Below, piece after piece: positions 39,961-53,560 of a DNA stretch of 64,000 bases (position 1 is the first letter of the stretch; every line of letters starts with the position of its first letter). Origin of the DNA: Schmidtea nova. Taxonomy: Eukaryota. The translations under genes and the position numbers were made by a program. The notes under the pieces were generated by a model. It searched no databases and was not told the origin of the DNA. It worked only from the letters and a program-made list of their open reading frames with translations. The stretch covers positions 82,088,001-82,152,000 of the forward strand of contig CM097884.1 in NCBI GenBank assembly GCA_044892505.1, in the 5' to 3' direction.

Positions 39961-40379
39961 AAAAATTGATCTTAAAATGACTTTGACCTTAAAATAATTT
40001 TAAAATTTGACCTTGTCCCTTTAAGACCTTAAGGTTATGTAATCGATGATGTCTTATATTTGTTATGGAGTCCACGTATGTTACTTTTCTGAGCTCTTCT
40101 CAATAATTAATTTTATTTTAATAAAATAAAAATTCAATGTGATAATTCAAAAAAATATAAACTTCTGTGAACTCTACTAGACCATAATCATTAGACGACA
40201 TAAAAAATAATAGATCAAATAAAAATAAAAACCAGTCAACCGTTAACACAAATTTACACATTTATGCTACAAAAAATTTGGAAAATATTTATTATGATTA
40301 AAATCAAAAACAAAAACAAACCTGATTTTATTTTGGATGCTAAATCATTGAGCATAGCTAACTGTTCTTTTTCAGTCGA

Positions 40380-41001
40380 GTCCTGAGCAAAAAATAAACT
40401 TCTTAGTAAAGCGATAATGTTAATAGTATTGTTTCCTATCTAAAATAAATCCGTGATAAAATTGTTAAGTTGTATTCTGATTTGATGGTCACACCTTGAT
40501 CGTTAGTATCATACAAGTTAAAATGTCTTCAATTAGGGAGCCGAGAAGTATGTTGTGGGAAAAATATTCGAAATTCGAAAAAATAGTCAACTTTGACTTG
40601 TCATTATTGTGAATACAGCTATCACCGACGTTGCAATGGATCACATTAAAATAATTCACAATTCCAGCCTTTTCGTTGAGTAATCTAGGGATCTGAGAAA
40701 TCAATTATTTAGAGAAAGAATTTATTAGAACTACATTTTCTTTCAAAGTGAAATTTGATTCTGGATAAATGAGCACAATTATAATGGGTTTGCCATTGTT
40801 TGATAAATAGGTTTCAATAAAATTTTCAGGAAGATCTTCCGTAGAATTTTTTGTCTTCCAAACTGTCAAAAGGAAATTGAATTCGTTACGGATTTCGGTA
40901 GCGAATTGTATACATTCATTAGATATAGTTCTTAAATATGGAAAAAAATACAGTAACGCCAATTTTCGAAATACATGTAATGGGTGAAAAAATATATACA
41001 A
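40380..41001 (-). pseudogene. Unidentified coding-like segment
   Basis: Two adjacent in-frame ORFs (40705-41001, 40489-40704) with protein-like composition; no family recognised. Confidence 0.3.
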
Positions 41002-42015
41002 AAATTCTATTTATATACAGTTGATTTCATTTTCGAAAAAGATAACTTTTTTTGTAAAATAATTAATGCGTTCTATGAATATGATTTAAAATAAATTGAA
41101 ATTCGCAAAAAAAACTTTATTTGCACTCATATTGTTTTTTGTCTCATTGTGCACTTATCAGTTACTCACAATTTGACTCATTTTTTGTCATATAATGTTT
41201 CATTAAAAACAATTATGATAAAATTCATTTTTTTGTACATTTTGGATTTCATTTATTTTTGATTTAGTTGGAAGTTATATGCTTTTTCATATGGTAAAAT
41301 CAAATTGATTATTTATTAAAATATTAAGTTACATAATTAACGTTGTAGGCCCGATTGTAACTTTGTATTTTTTTGTTCTAAATTTTTAAGTAATTTAAAA
41401 ATAAATTTTATTATTAATAGTTATCATCATTTAAAATATGATAATATAATTAAGATAAAATTCTTGATCTATGAGTTGTGATATCATTTAAATTGTATCG
41501 GTATATCACGCGATTTTTACAAGGGTTAGCTAGTAACATTAATATGAAATAAGTAATCATTTAAAAATAATTTGGAGAATAATTTCTCTTTTACAAAATG
41601 CTAAAATATTTATCTAATATCAAGTATTTCTTTAAAACAGACTTTCCGAAATGTTAGAAAGAACTTCTTTTGAAACATTTTAAATATCTACCAATGACTA
41701 GAAATATTTTTGTAAAATATTCGAAATGAATGTTTATTTGTTGAAATGTTTTGAATTGCATCTTGCTCATATTACTGATTTACGTAAATGTGGATTTAAA
41801 ACGGCTTTTGAAAAAATTTACGATATTTTTGTTAATTACATTGAAATTATTAAGAACGAAATAATTAATTTTGTCGTTAGAGGTTAAAAATAATATGATC
41901 ATAATAGAAATTTGTGTTGATAATATAAATGAAACTTCTCAGTCTAAATTATTGGGACCTATCATGTGCAAAATATTTGACATTATTCTTTATTGCATTT
42001 TTTGTATTTTCCATT

Positions 42016-43447
42016 GGGTGGTGATTATCCGGTCACTTAAATTACATAAATGATCACTTAATATTTTTGATCACTTTAATAAATCATAAGCGATCACTTC
42101 AATTACAGATTTGGTCACTTAAATTACTAACTTGATCACTCAAAATTAAATATAAGTGAGCACTTAAATTTACCAAATATGGTCACTTAAATTACTTTAA
42201 TAGTCACTTAAATAAAAAAAATGTAAGCTGTTTGTAGCGTTATTGAAAAAACTACAATAATAAGATAAAATATATTTATATTAAAATACAAATTATTTAT
42301 CATTTTGTTGCTTTTTGAAAATCTTCTTTTCATTATCTTGCATTTTGAAATTATCTCTCTCTAAAATAACTTGTTATTAAAACAAGTTATTTTATTTTTA
42401 TAAATAATTAAATATTGTGATAAATATTTATTATCGGAGGCACTACAATGGTCCGCGCCGAAGTACGCGGAGCGTATGGGGTACATTTGGTGCTGGATGT
42501 TGTTGATGTAGATGTTGGTGCTGGTGCTGTAGATTTTGGTGTTGTAGATTTTGGTGCAGTTGGTGCTGCAGATACTGATGCTGTAAATTCTGGCGCTGTA
42601 GATTCTGGTGCAATAGATGCTGGTGCTGTTGGTTCTGGTGCAATAGGTGCTGATGGTGTTGGTGCTGCAGATACTAATGCTGTAAATGCTGGTGTTGTGG
42701 ATGTAGATGTTGGTGCTGTTGGTGCTGTAGGTACTGGTGCTGTTGGTGTTATTTCAGTAGATGCCGGTGCTGTTGGTGTTGATGCTGGTGCTGTCACTTC
42801 TGACACCAATTGTAGCGTTATTGAAAAAACTACAATAATAAGATAAAATATATTTATATTAAAATACAAATTATTTATCATTTTGTTGCTTTTTGAAAAT
42901 CTTCTTTTCATTATCTTGCATTTTGAAATTATCTCTCTTTAAAATAACTTGTTATTAAAACAAGTTATTTTATTTTTATAAATAATTAAATATTGTGATA
43001 AATATTTATTATCGGAGGCACTACACTGTTCAAAATGTTTATTTGAAATTTAATTGAATTTTTATGTAAAAAAATAAATTAGACCATTAAATTAAAATTA
43101 AAAATTAATTAAAAATTAAAATTAAAAAAATAAATTAATAATAAATTAATAATAAATTAATAATTAATAAATTAATAATAAAATAAATTTAAAAAAAAAT
43201 TAAATTAAAAATAAATTAAAAAATAAATTAAAAATAAATTAGACCATTAAATTAAAATAAGTGACTAAATAAACAAATTAAGAGACAACTTTTTTAATTA
43301 AAGAGACCATTTAGACCTAGTGATCATTCAATAAATTTAATAGACAATTTAATTAAATGACGAGCACATTTATGTTATTAAAGAGACAAATTTAATAAAA
43401 AATAAGTGACCATGTTTGTAATTTAAGTGACGAAATAATAATACCCG
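42016..43447. mobile_element. MULE-like foldback element that hosts the TRIM
   Basis: The 9-bp TSD is TTTTCCATT (42007-42015, 43448-43456). GGTCACTTAAATTAC motif arrays lie in inverted orientation at the two ends. Confidence 0.7.
42233..43025 (-). mobile_element. TRIM-like miniature LTR retrotransposon
   Basis: It has two 215-bp LTRs (42233-42447, 42811-43025; TGTAG...CTACA; one mismatch seen) and the 5-bp TSD CTGTT. A minus-strand PBS, TGGTGTCAGAAGTG (42795-42808), lies 2 nt from the LTR and is complementary to the tRNA-Leu 3' end. Confidence 0.88.
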
Positions 43448-43635
43448 TTTTCCATTTAACCTTCGAGTACCAAAAACTCGAAAAATGGATCGGGAACCGA
43501 TGGGGATACAAATGTACCCCAAATTTAAATTGGGTATTAATGAACTAAAAGTCAATATAATACTAAAATTAATTTTGATATTCATTTTTCGCGTTTCATT
43601 TCATTTATAGATTATCTATAAATATCAGGTGGGCA

Positions 43636-46445
43636 TAGGGTTCGGAATCCCGGGATCCCGAAATCCCGAAATCCCGGGATCCCGCAATTTTTAGCAATCC
43701 CGAAATCCCGGGATCGAGCACTTGATCCCGGGATTTGACTTTTTAAGCCTAAAAGGAAAAATACCTTACAGTTTCCTTAAAAATTCTTTAAAACAATCGT
43801 TTTTGGTTGAACATTTTCAAATTTAAATTTTTTCGGTTGAGATTTGAATTTTGTCATATAGAAAATACTTGGAATTTTTTTTGCATTCAAATTCTTAAAA
43901 TATATATTTTAAAAATCGAAATTCTTGGAACTTTTTTTTTCAATATTCAATTTGTAATTATATTCTTAAAATTTTTTGTTGGCGCTCAGACGTAATTAGT
44001 ATATAATTGTTTTCACGTGTTATTGTTTTTGATTATTTTAAAGTGTAGATTTAATTAAATTATCATTCGCACTATTTGAACAACAAATTTTAAAAATATA
44101 ATGGCTTCTTACATAGACCATGAAAAGAAAAGTAATTCTGCTGTTTGGAAACATTTTTTACGAGAAGAAAAAGGACAGACAGCGATGTGTAAGTATACCG
44201 ACTGCAAAAAAATTCTAAAAATTGGGGGTGGGTCAACGAAAGGTCTCCATACGCATCTACTTTCCGTCCATAAAATTAACATCACAACAGCTACTACTTC
44301 GGCTAACACATCAGATGAACCACCAACAAAAAAATCGAAAACGTTAACCAAGTATTTTCCGATGCTGGAACGAGAAGAAAAATCACTTCCTGCTACACTT
44401 GCAAGGTTAACCGCACTTGATGGGATTTCATTTAATGTTATATGCCGTTCTTCTGATTTACGTGCAGGTCTTATAGCAACAGGATTCAAAAGTTTACCTA
44501 CAACAGTCAACACAGTGCGCAAAATAGTTGTAGATTACAGCAAAAAAATTAAGAATTCATTAATTACGGAAATAGATGGCAAAAAAAACCCACAATTCGG
44601 TGTTGGTGAGAGATTTTCCTTATCGTTTGATGAATGGACATCACTACGTAACCGTCGGTACACGAATATTAATTTACATGCTCAAAATTGTCAGTTCTGG
44701 AGCTTAGGCTTAATTCGAATAACAGGATCAATGCCTGCAGATAAATGTATTGAGCTCCTAGAACAAAAGCTCGCAGAATATGGACTTGATTTGCGAAAAG
44801 ATATCGTCGGAATTATGACTGACGGAGCAAGTGTAATGAAAAAAGTTGGGAGATTATTACCTGTAAATCAACAATTATGTTTTGCCCATGGTGTGCAACT
44901 GGCCGTAATTGAAGTACTATATCAAAAGCAAAATATAGAAACAGATCAGCAATTTGACGAAGACGAACAATCAGAGGTAGAACACGATTTTTCGGAGAGT
45001 AACGACGATGAAATTTTTTCTGACAACGAATAATTGGTTGATCTCGATTCTGGTCATAGGCATGGAGGAAACCAAAGTGATGTTACTGAGATAAATTCCG
45101 CTCCAGTGATCAAAAAGGTACGAAAATTGATAGTAATGTTCAGACGATCGCCAACAAAAAACGATATCTTGCAGAAATATGTTGCGGCTGAATTTGGGAA
45201 GCAAATAACTCTAATAAAAGATTGCAAGACTAGGTGGAACAGCCTTTTGTCAATGCTTGAACGTATCTATTTATTAAAAAATTGTATTCAAAAGGCATTG
45301 ATAGACATAAGTCTACCTGAAGGTGAATCATTTTCTTTATCTAATGATGAGCTTAAAATGATATCTTCTATCATTAGTGCTCTAGTACCAGTAAAAGCAA
45401 CAGTCGAGGCCCTTTGTCGTCGGGATGCTAGTCTGTTCACAGCCGATGTTGCTATAACTTTTATGTTAAAAAAACTTAAAGATTCTAACAACGTTATATG
45501 TCAAAATTTGCATAAGGCGGATATATACAAAGGCGGACAGATATCAGTGGTGTACTTCAGTATTTACATAATGGTAGGACAAACGTTCAGTCCGAATCTG
45601 AAATAGCGCTCGTAACAGTTCCATCTGCCGTAAAATGTCGCAAAATAATAGTTGAGTTACTCGAAAGATTAGATGCTGCAAATTCAGCTACAGCACTAAC
45701 AGCTCATGAGTCCGAAGTTGAATCTTCTGTTTCAAATGAGGCACCTATCGAAATTGTTTCAGATTCTTCTGATTCTCCATCTGAATCTCTTTCCTTTTCT
45801 CTTGAACAACCTTTAACTATTGCAGACGAGCTCAATAAAGCTATAAAACAAGCACATTTTCCGAGGATGCCAATTCGATGTGAGATGCTGTCAGCGAAAA
45901 TTCAAAAGGAAATGGTATTGTTTGAAAATGGAGGAACACGTGGTGATTTTTTGCAAAGAGCGTATGATTTTCTAATGACAATCAAACCAACCAGTGTAGA
46001 GTCCGAACGAGCCTTTTCTGCGGCCGGACTTTTTGCAACGAAAATAAGAAGTCGTATGGGCAATGAAACTTTGGATGCACTATGCTTTCTTAAAAGTTAT
46101 TTGATGTATGAATTTGATGTATAATATTATAAAAACATTTATTTTCTTTATAATTTAATAAACTATTTTTTATAAACTTATTTTTGAATGTGTCATTTTT
46201 TTTAAATACCTGTTCTTGAAATATATTAACGGGATTTTTAAATACCTGTTCTTGAAATATATTAACATATTATTTTAACAAAATTAATCTCTTTCTTTTT
46301 CTATTAATTTGGTTAAAATAGTATGTTAATATATTTCAAGAACATGTATTTAAAATTCCCGGGACTAATCCCGGGATCCCGGGATTAGGAAAATGCAATC
46401 CCGAAATCCCGGGATTGAAAATATAGCACGGGATTGCCAACCCTA
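43636..46445 (+). mobile_element. hAT DNA transposon (BED-finger, ZBED-type), near full length
   Basis: TIRs are TAGGGTTCGGAATCCCG / CGGGATTGCCAACCCTA, with subterminal ATCCCG arrays and a perfect 8-bp TSD GGTGGGCA. Confidence 0.92.
44101..46124 (+). pseudogene. hAT transposase with BED zinc finger, disrupted
   Basis: Motifs VWKHF...CKYTDCKKIL...STKGLHTHL, FDEWTS, CFAHGVQL, TRWNS and PTSVESERAFS are present. There is a stop at 45031-45033 and a frameshift near 45520. Confidence 0.9.
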
Positions 46446-46861
46446 GGTGGGCATCACTAATATTTAACAAATGGTTTAAATAACAAGAACTTTGGAGTAA
46501 AAATGTACCCCAAGTAGTGTCGCGGAGGTTAAAAAGAAAAATAGTTTAAATGATATATCTATACTGAAAGTTCGTTGCCATGGTATTTGTTGACTTTATA
46601 TGAAACAGTACTAACTTTTGAGATTTTCTTGAAATGTTTAAGTTTTATAGTTAAATTGTATATTAGTGAAATGCTCAAAATCAAATAAAATCAAAAATAA
46701 TTATTAAGTAAGTATAGTTTAATTTAAATTCAATTATATTGGTGGCATAACATAAATTAACTACACAACAATAAAGACATAGTCAAGGTTTTATTATTTT
46801 TAAATTTGAATCCGTGACTAAATAACGATACATTGATTTAATGCATGTAAATTGATTTTAC

Positions 46862-48204
46862 CCTGTTAACCGGGCAGGACGTATATACAAGTCCTACGAA
46901 AATTACTACACCAACAGTCTGCAATTAAGGGCCATAAAGACACTTATTGCAGTCAATTGGTATTTATTATTACTTATTTTTTACTTATTTTTTTTAATTA
47001 AATTTTTTATCTATGTATTTAAATTACTTTAACATATTTTAAGTTTATTTAATATTTTATGTTAAATACTTATTTATTTCATATAGATATTTTTTAGATA
47101 TTTATGAAATTCAGAAAGAGGTAAGTAATTATAATTTTTATTCGGTAATAAAATTACATTTCCTTATTTACATGTCTCCCAAGTCTTTGTAATTTTATCA
47201 GCTTATTTTTTAAACATTTGGATATTGTTTTTGTGTATACGTTGTAGCTAATTGTATTTAAGAAGTTTTTAATTTCTTCCAAAGTAATCCAATAATTTTG
47301 GTCCACAATCAATTCATTGTATTCCATTTTCTTCAATTATAAGGCTAACATTTTATTTGCCTCCTTTTCCTGCTGTAAGAATGCCAGTTTTTCTACCTCG
47401 ACTCTATGTCTTTAATAATCTTAGGTTCAAAACCTATTTACCTGCCGAATTCTTCATAATTTTCACGCCGTTTCATTACTTCTTTTAATAATTTTTTGTC
47501 ATGTTCAGATTATCTATAAAATTTTAAGTTAAAAATTAAAAATTCAAATTTTTTTTACGTTTTTCGATGTTTTCTTTCTACAGTTTCGGCCGTTTGAGGC
47601 ATTATAGCTTCATTTTCTGCATTTATAAAAATATTTTTTAAAATTTTTTTAATATAATTGTAAGTTTACATTTCTTCTTGATACTCTCCAATAAATGGTA
47701 CAGTTGATTCCAAAAACGTTTCTTAAATATCATCATAAATCATGATTTTTTAAAATTTTAAAATCCCTTAATTAAAGACTGTCCCTTAAATTATGTCCAT
47801 GTGTTTGTATTTTTCATTATAGGTTTTTTGTGTGTTGTGTAAGTGTGTTTTTTTGACCTAATTTATTTTTCTTATTTTCTATAGTGTAGGCCCGTAATTT
47901 ATGACCGTGCTTTTTTACTTTGTCAAAATCTGCAGTAGGTATGTATATTTTTTCTATATATAAAATAATTTGTTATTATAGAAACTTTAAATTTTGCCTG
48001 TCTGGCCCTTAATTTATGCGCTTTGGTGTATCAAACGGGCGAGACGTATAAATGTAGTGCGCAAAAACTGGCGGAACTTTGTTAGCCTGTTGTATGACTC
48101 ATTTTTACAAGTTTTACATATGTTTTGAGGACGCATTTATACGTCTCGCCCGTTTGATAGTAATTTTCGTAGGACTTGTATATACGTCCTGCCCCGTTAA
48201 CAGG
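46862..48204. mobile_element. TTAA-target (piggyBac-like) non-autonomous element
   Basis: The ~45-bp TIR is CCTGTTAAC(C/G)GGGCAGGACGTATATACAAGTCCTACGAAAATTACTA. The right flank is TTAA and the left flank TTAC. An internal inverted repeat lies at 48030-48158. Confidence 0.7.
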
Positions 48205-49267
48205 TTAATTGATTATATGCTAATTTATATTTTAATGGAGATTATTAAAATTTAAAATTGTCAGTAATTAAAACTACAAATCAGTAATTAAATTGTCAGT
48301 ATGATTTACAGGACCAAAATGCTGAACTGAGTGTACAAAATACTCGAACAATAATTAACATATGTTAAATTCAATGCATTTATGTATAACAATAATAATA
48401 TAAAAATATTGCATTTCAAGAAGCTATTTCCAGCCAAGAAATTACAGTTCAATTCTTAAAAGTTGTATTTGCTCTATTAGTGCGATTATTGTTGAAATTA
48501 AAGCATTTTAATATAAGGTTTTTCCTTTTCAATGATTTTTAAAGTCATATTTAACACGGCAAGTACCATAACGGTCCTAGAGATCACTATCAATATGATA
48601 GAATTTTTTTACAGCTGAGTGTGTTAGTATAAAAACAAATAATAGTATGCTTGAATATATTTGTAGGTTATTCTTATCACATTGACGGGAAAATTATTAT
48701 TACGCAATTCAAATGTAATATTACGAATACCTTACCCTTAAATGTTTATACAAGCATAATATTCAATGATGAATTTGAATCTTTTTTCAAAACTATAGAT
48801 TTTAGTTTTTTATTTATATATTATTATTTTTTAAATTAATACATAACAAAATAAGCTTTGTTGCAAAATAGTTTTTATTAGTGGACAATTTTCGACTATA
48901 AAATAATCTTTATCAATCCTAACTCGAAATATAACTGGTACCTTCATCCATTTATGCTGATTTTTTCTCGTGAATTATTTTCTTTTTCATTGGATATAAA
49001 TCTGATTAATATAGGTTTTAAATCTAAAAATTTTTCGGAATAAATATAAATCTTCTATTTTTTTAAAAGGACTTCTTCCTTTCTAAAATTTAAAATTTTC
49101 CCCTTTTATTGTCTGTATTCTATATTTCAAATTTTTTAACCCTTTATATTTGAATTTAAAAATTAATTTAATTATATATCTTTTTGAAAAGCCAATATGA
49201 TTTCTGTACTTTCTCTTTTTCCCCCTTTTTTCCTTTTTCTCTTTTTTATTTGTAGAACAACATTTAT

Positions 49268-49620
49268 TTAACAAGGTAGTAAGTGGGCAATTTCGCTAAC
49301 TTCCTCTTTAAAGTAAATTTTTGAGTGTTTGTCTCTAATGAAAATAGGTTCTTTCAGTATGAAAGTTTTTTCATCGTTTTCACTTGTCAATATTCTGACT
49401 GATACTAAATTTTCTTTGTTTTCTATCTGACATTGGTGAAGAATTCTATATAAAGATGACTTTCCATCAGTATCAATATGTTCTTTAATTCTCTGATGCA
49501 AAGTCCGAAGGCTGCTTCAGATGTAAATTTCTTCGCAATTATTACACATGATATTATAGACTATGTTCTTCCGGAAGCAAATATACTTAAGGAAGTCAGG
49601 AAATAAGTGTATCAATAGTT
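49268..49620 (-). mobile_element. Penelope-like element GIY-YIG endonuclease relic
   Basis: Translation NIVYNIMCNNCEEIYI*SSLRTLHQRIKEH matches the VVYxIxCxxC...YIG...RLxEH motif. Confidence 0.75.
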
Positions 49621-51129
49621 GTATTGCTTGTAAAGATTCTATAAGAGTGTCATGGTCCAATGGATGTTAATGTTGTATTGATTTAAAAAAGATCAAGTGA
49701 TACATATTTTGTTAGTATAAATGCGAAAAGTATATTATACTGACATTTTAGATTTGAAATAANNNNNNNNNNNNNNNNNNNNNNNNNNNNNNNNNNNNNN
49801 NNNNNNNNNNNNNNNNNNNNNNNNNNNNNNNNNNNNNNNNNNNNNNNNNNNNNNNNNNNNNNNNNNNNNNNNNNNNNNNNNNNNNNNNNNNNNNNNNNNN
49901 NNNNNNNNNNNNNNNNNNTTTGATCTTTTTTTATTATTATTATCAATAATTCTCATAATGACTATAGATCAAATTTTTTTTTATAAACAATAACATTGTT
50001 TGGTGTTATTGTTTATAAAAAAAATTTGATCTATAGTNNNNNNNNNNNNNNNNNNNNNNNNNNNNNNNNNNNNNNNNNNNNNNNNNNNNNNNNNNNNNNN
50101 NNNNNNNNNNNNNNNNNNNNNNNNNNNNNNNNNNNNNNNNNNNNNNNNNNNNNNNNNNNNNNNNNNNNNNNNNNNNNNNNNNNNNNNNNNNNNNNNNNNN
50201 NNNNNNNNNNNNNNNNNNNNNNNNNNNNNNNNNNNNNNNNNNNNNNNNNNNNNNNAGTACAACGATGCAATTTTAATTAAAATAAATATTAAAAAACAAA
50301 TTTATCAAAACCGCAGCAACCTTAAACGCAGAATTAGAAAACTCAAATGATAACGCACAAATTCAAACTATTGTCATCAAGTGTTTTAATAGAGCAAATA
50401 GTGAGTTTCGTGATTATTATATGTTAGGAAGTTTATTGTTTATTAAGCTACGTTAGATATCAGACAATTTTTAATAATAGACAAATAAAGTGGAATTTGG
50501 TTTCACTATGGTAGATAGAGCCACACACAGTGGCATTTTTGAATTTAAAATTTATTTTATTAAATTAAAATTTATTAAATAAAAAAAACTTTGATAAAAA
50601 AATGTAATGTAAGCGAGCTTTGATTTGATTTCTCTTTTCTATCTCTTCCTATTTATTATTTTTGTTTGTCGTTTTTTTAATAAAATCAATTATCATATAA
50701 TACAATTCATTTTAAAAATATATATTTTTAGTTTCTGTTAGCATAAGTAAATTAAATTGATCAAAAAGTACTTGATATATAACACTACTTATTATTTTTA
50801 ATATTATGAAAGGCAGGTCAATACGTGAAATAGTGATATGATCAGAATAGAAAAGAAACATTTATTCACGGTGTCATTTGCAGAGGGTGGGAATTTATCA
50901 CTAAGGGACCAGTTTCAAAGAACAGAATGTAATAATGTTAAAATATCCTTTACCTAGATGATGTCCTTAATATGTGCTTCTAAATCAAATTAGTTATTGT
51001 CTGATCCTTGTCTAAAAATTCAAAATATACTACAGATTTATATAAACGGCTAATATATGCAGTTACGATTCGCAAGGATCCATATTTATTGAACTTGTAA
51101 ATTTCGTGAAAATGGAATGAGTAATAGAT

Positions 51130-51690
51130 GGAAAGATGGTTCAGAACGACGATATTGGTAATAAATGGAAAGATAATAATATCGTGGATTCTTCGCTTTA
51201 GATTTGACTATACTAGATGTCTAAAGGCGTCATTGTTTTAATTTGGTTCCTTGAATCTTTTGAAACATTTTTCACAAATGCTTCTGGCATGGATATGTCA
51301 AGAAAATTAATAACTAGAAAAAAGAATTTGCTTCGGATTAATACTGTAACAAATAAAAAAAGATTAGTAGATCAAGGTGAGTACTCAAGCACAGTTGACT
51401 TCATCGACTATCACATTGCCTAAATGATTTAATCGCACACACAATCGGATGATGAGTTCTAATTATTGTCTAAGACTATTTTGAATTTTCCAATGTCGCG
51501 AGTGAAAACTTTGTTTTTCGTCTAATGAGATATCCAGTGTTATGAATTTTTTGTTTTAATGAAGTTGAAGAGATTAAATATTCACCGAGAAATATAATAT
51601 TTATTACTTTGTATGATAAGTGTCTCAAATTATTTTGGACTGATAGATCATTGAATTTACGATCAATCAAACGTTTGCCTGGTTTTTATA
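51130..51690 (-). pseudogene. Heavily decayed HSP70 fragment
   Basis: KRLIDRKFNDLSVQNNLRHLSYKVIN resembles the HSP70 motif KRLIGRKFxDxxVQxDMKHWPFKV. A weaker match, RRIHDII, resembles KIHDIVLVGG. Confidence 0.5.
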
Positions 51691-51839
51691 ATTAACTTTC
51701 TTGTTTCTTGTTTCGAATTAATATCATAAAATCAAAAATACATGATAGAATAAAGATAAAGTAAGCAAAAACAAAAGTTATATTCACGTTATTTCATTGA
51801 AAAGTTACATTATTCATATAATTGATAAAAATAAAAGTG

Positions 51840-52505
51840 TTTGATTTTTTAATGAGGTATCCAAAATATTGTTTTTGTTTTAATGAGGTTTCCAATACTG
51901 AATTTTATTTTAATGAGCTATCCAACATTTGGCAATTTTGTTTTACTGAAGTTTTCAACCTTTGATTTCTTGTTTTAATGATTTTTTCAATATTTTGAGT
52001 TTTTGTTTTAATGAGTTAGCCAACATTTCGGATTTTTGTTTTATTGAAGTATTGAAAATTTTGAGTTTTATTTTAATGAGGTATCAAACAGTGAGTTTTA
52101 TTTTAATAAGGAATGCATCATTTAGGATTTGTGTTTTATTCAGTATTTGTTTTTTGTTTTACTAATGTATTCAGTATGATTTTTTTTATTATACCGGGAT
52201 ATCCAACATTTTGGATTTTTGTTTTACTGGGGTATTCAACAATTAGAATTTTATTTTAAAGAGAAATGCATCATTTTGGATTTGTATTTTACTGATGTAT
52301 TCAGTATTTGGTTTTTGTTTTACTGAGATATCCAACATGTTGAGCTTTTGTTTTCATGAGGTATGATACATTTTGTTTTTGTTTAGCTGAAGTATCCAAA
52401 ATGTTAGATTTATATTTTAATGAGGTATCTAACATTTTGAGTTTTTGTTTTAATGAGGTATCCAACATTTTGAGTTTTTGTTTTAATGAGGTATCCAACA
52501 TTTTC
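51840..52505. repeat. ~33-bp minisatellite (TTTTTGTTTTAATGAGGTATCCAACATTTTGAG)
   Basis: Tandem degenerate units with no unique spacers. Confidence 0.85.
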
Positions 52506-53169
52506 AAATATTCAGATATTTATTTTTAAGTATAATTTTTAAGTTTATTAATAAAATTAGTAATAACATTTTTAATTTAATATCAATTTTTTCAAAATTT
52601 TATATTGTTTTAAACTTTAAGAAATGTTTTTATTATTCTATTTGAAATAGCTTACTTTTAGGAAGAAACAAATTTAATAGTGTTTATAATTAATTTAATA
52701 GTAATAAATTTTAAGCGAAGTGTTTTTTTCACATTATTTTAAATATAATTTATTTATTATAAAGAATAAGTCATTAATTTCATAACATTTTTTGGTTGTT
52801 ACTACACATCATGTGCACTAATAACAAAAAAGGATTTTGATCTATTGTCATACAATTATTAAAATTATTGATTTAAATAAAAAGAGATCAAAAGTGATAC
52901 CAAAAGATAATTATGATACAGAATAATGAATAGATATTTTATAGTATATAATATTGTTAGTTTTATTTTAAAATGTTACAGGCATGATTTAATCGACTGA
53001 CTCGGTGCGTCCCTTTGATAAAGCAATTGCATTCCAACAAATAACAATGTTTATTTGGTCTATAACACAAATCACAAAACCAATCGTTGATGATAGTTAA
53101 TCAATATGGGTGAGTTTACCAACGGTGAACTACTGTATGATACTTTAGGAAAGGACAATTACTCTTCTT

Positions 53170-53560
53170 TATAATTATTACTTTGAAAACACGTTCTGGC
53201 TTCGTTTCTTTCTCTAATATTTATTCTCTCGATGACTATGGACTCTGTTTATTTTCCTCAACTTTAATTTTTTGCAACTCCAATTTTTCTTCTGGTTTTA
53301 TTGTATTTGGCCTCTTCTTTTATAATGTTTTACATCATATCCCAGTATAGATTAAATCCCAGAATAAATTTGGTTTTATCGACTGCCCGCTTAGTTCCAG
53401 GGAAATGTAATTGTCGAACCAAAGTGGTTAAAGGTATTCTAATCATCAGATTGAGCCTTAATTTGATCTAATATTTTGCAACTCAAATTTTTCTTCTGGC
53501 TTTATTGCATTTGGCTTCTTCTTTTATAGTGTTTTACATCATTTCCCTGTTTATCCCATT
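53170..53560 (-). mobile_element. Gypsy-like integrase (H2C2 region) relic
   Basis: Translation LVRQLHFPGTKRAVDKTKFILGFNLYWDMM resembles the integrase zinc-binding region. A local ~55-bp duplication lies at 53284 / 53490. Confidence 0.4.

Noticed and set aside
41500-41535. Helitron 3' end (…GCTAGT)
   Set aside because: There is no clear subterminal hairpin and no matching 5' TC end.
42448-42846. Host mucin or GA-rich gene
   Set aside because: It lies wholly between two LTRs with a TSD and PBS. Its multi-frame openness follows from the repeat composition.
50525-50535. Transib/RSS heptamer CACAGTG
   Set aside because: It is a single short motif with no partner TIR or transposase.
51217-51423. 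Plus-strand ORF starting MSKG as an HSP70 N-terminus
   Set aside because: No further HSP70 similarity follows on that strand; the HSP70-like signal is on the minus strand.
51840-52505. Possible CRISPR-like array
   Set aside because: The ~33-bp units are contiguous and degenerate with no unique spacers, no cas genes are present, and the context is eukaryotic.
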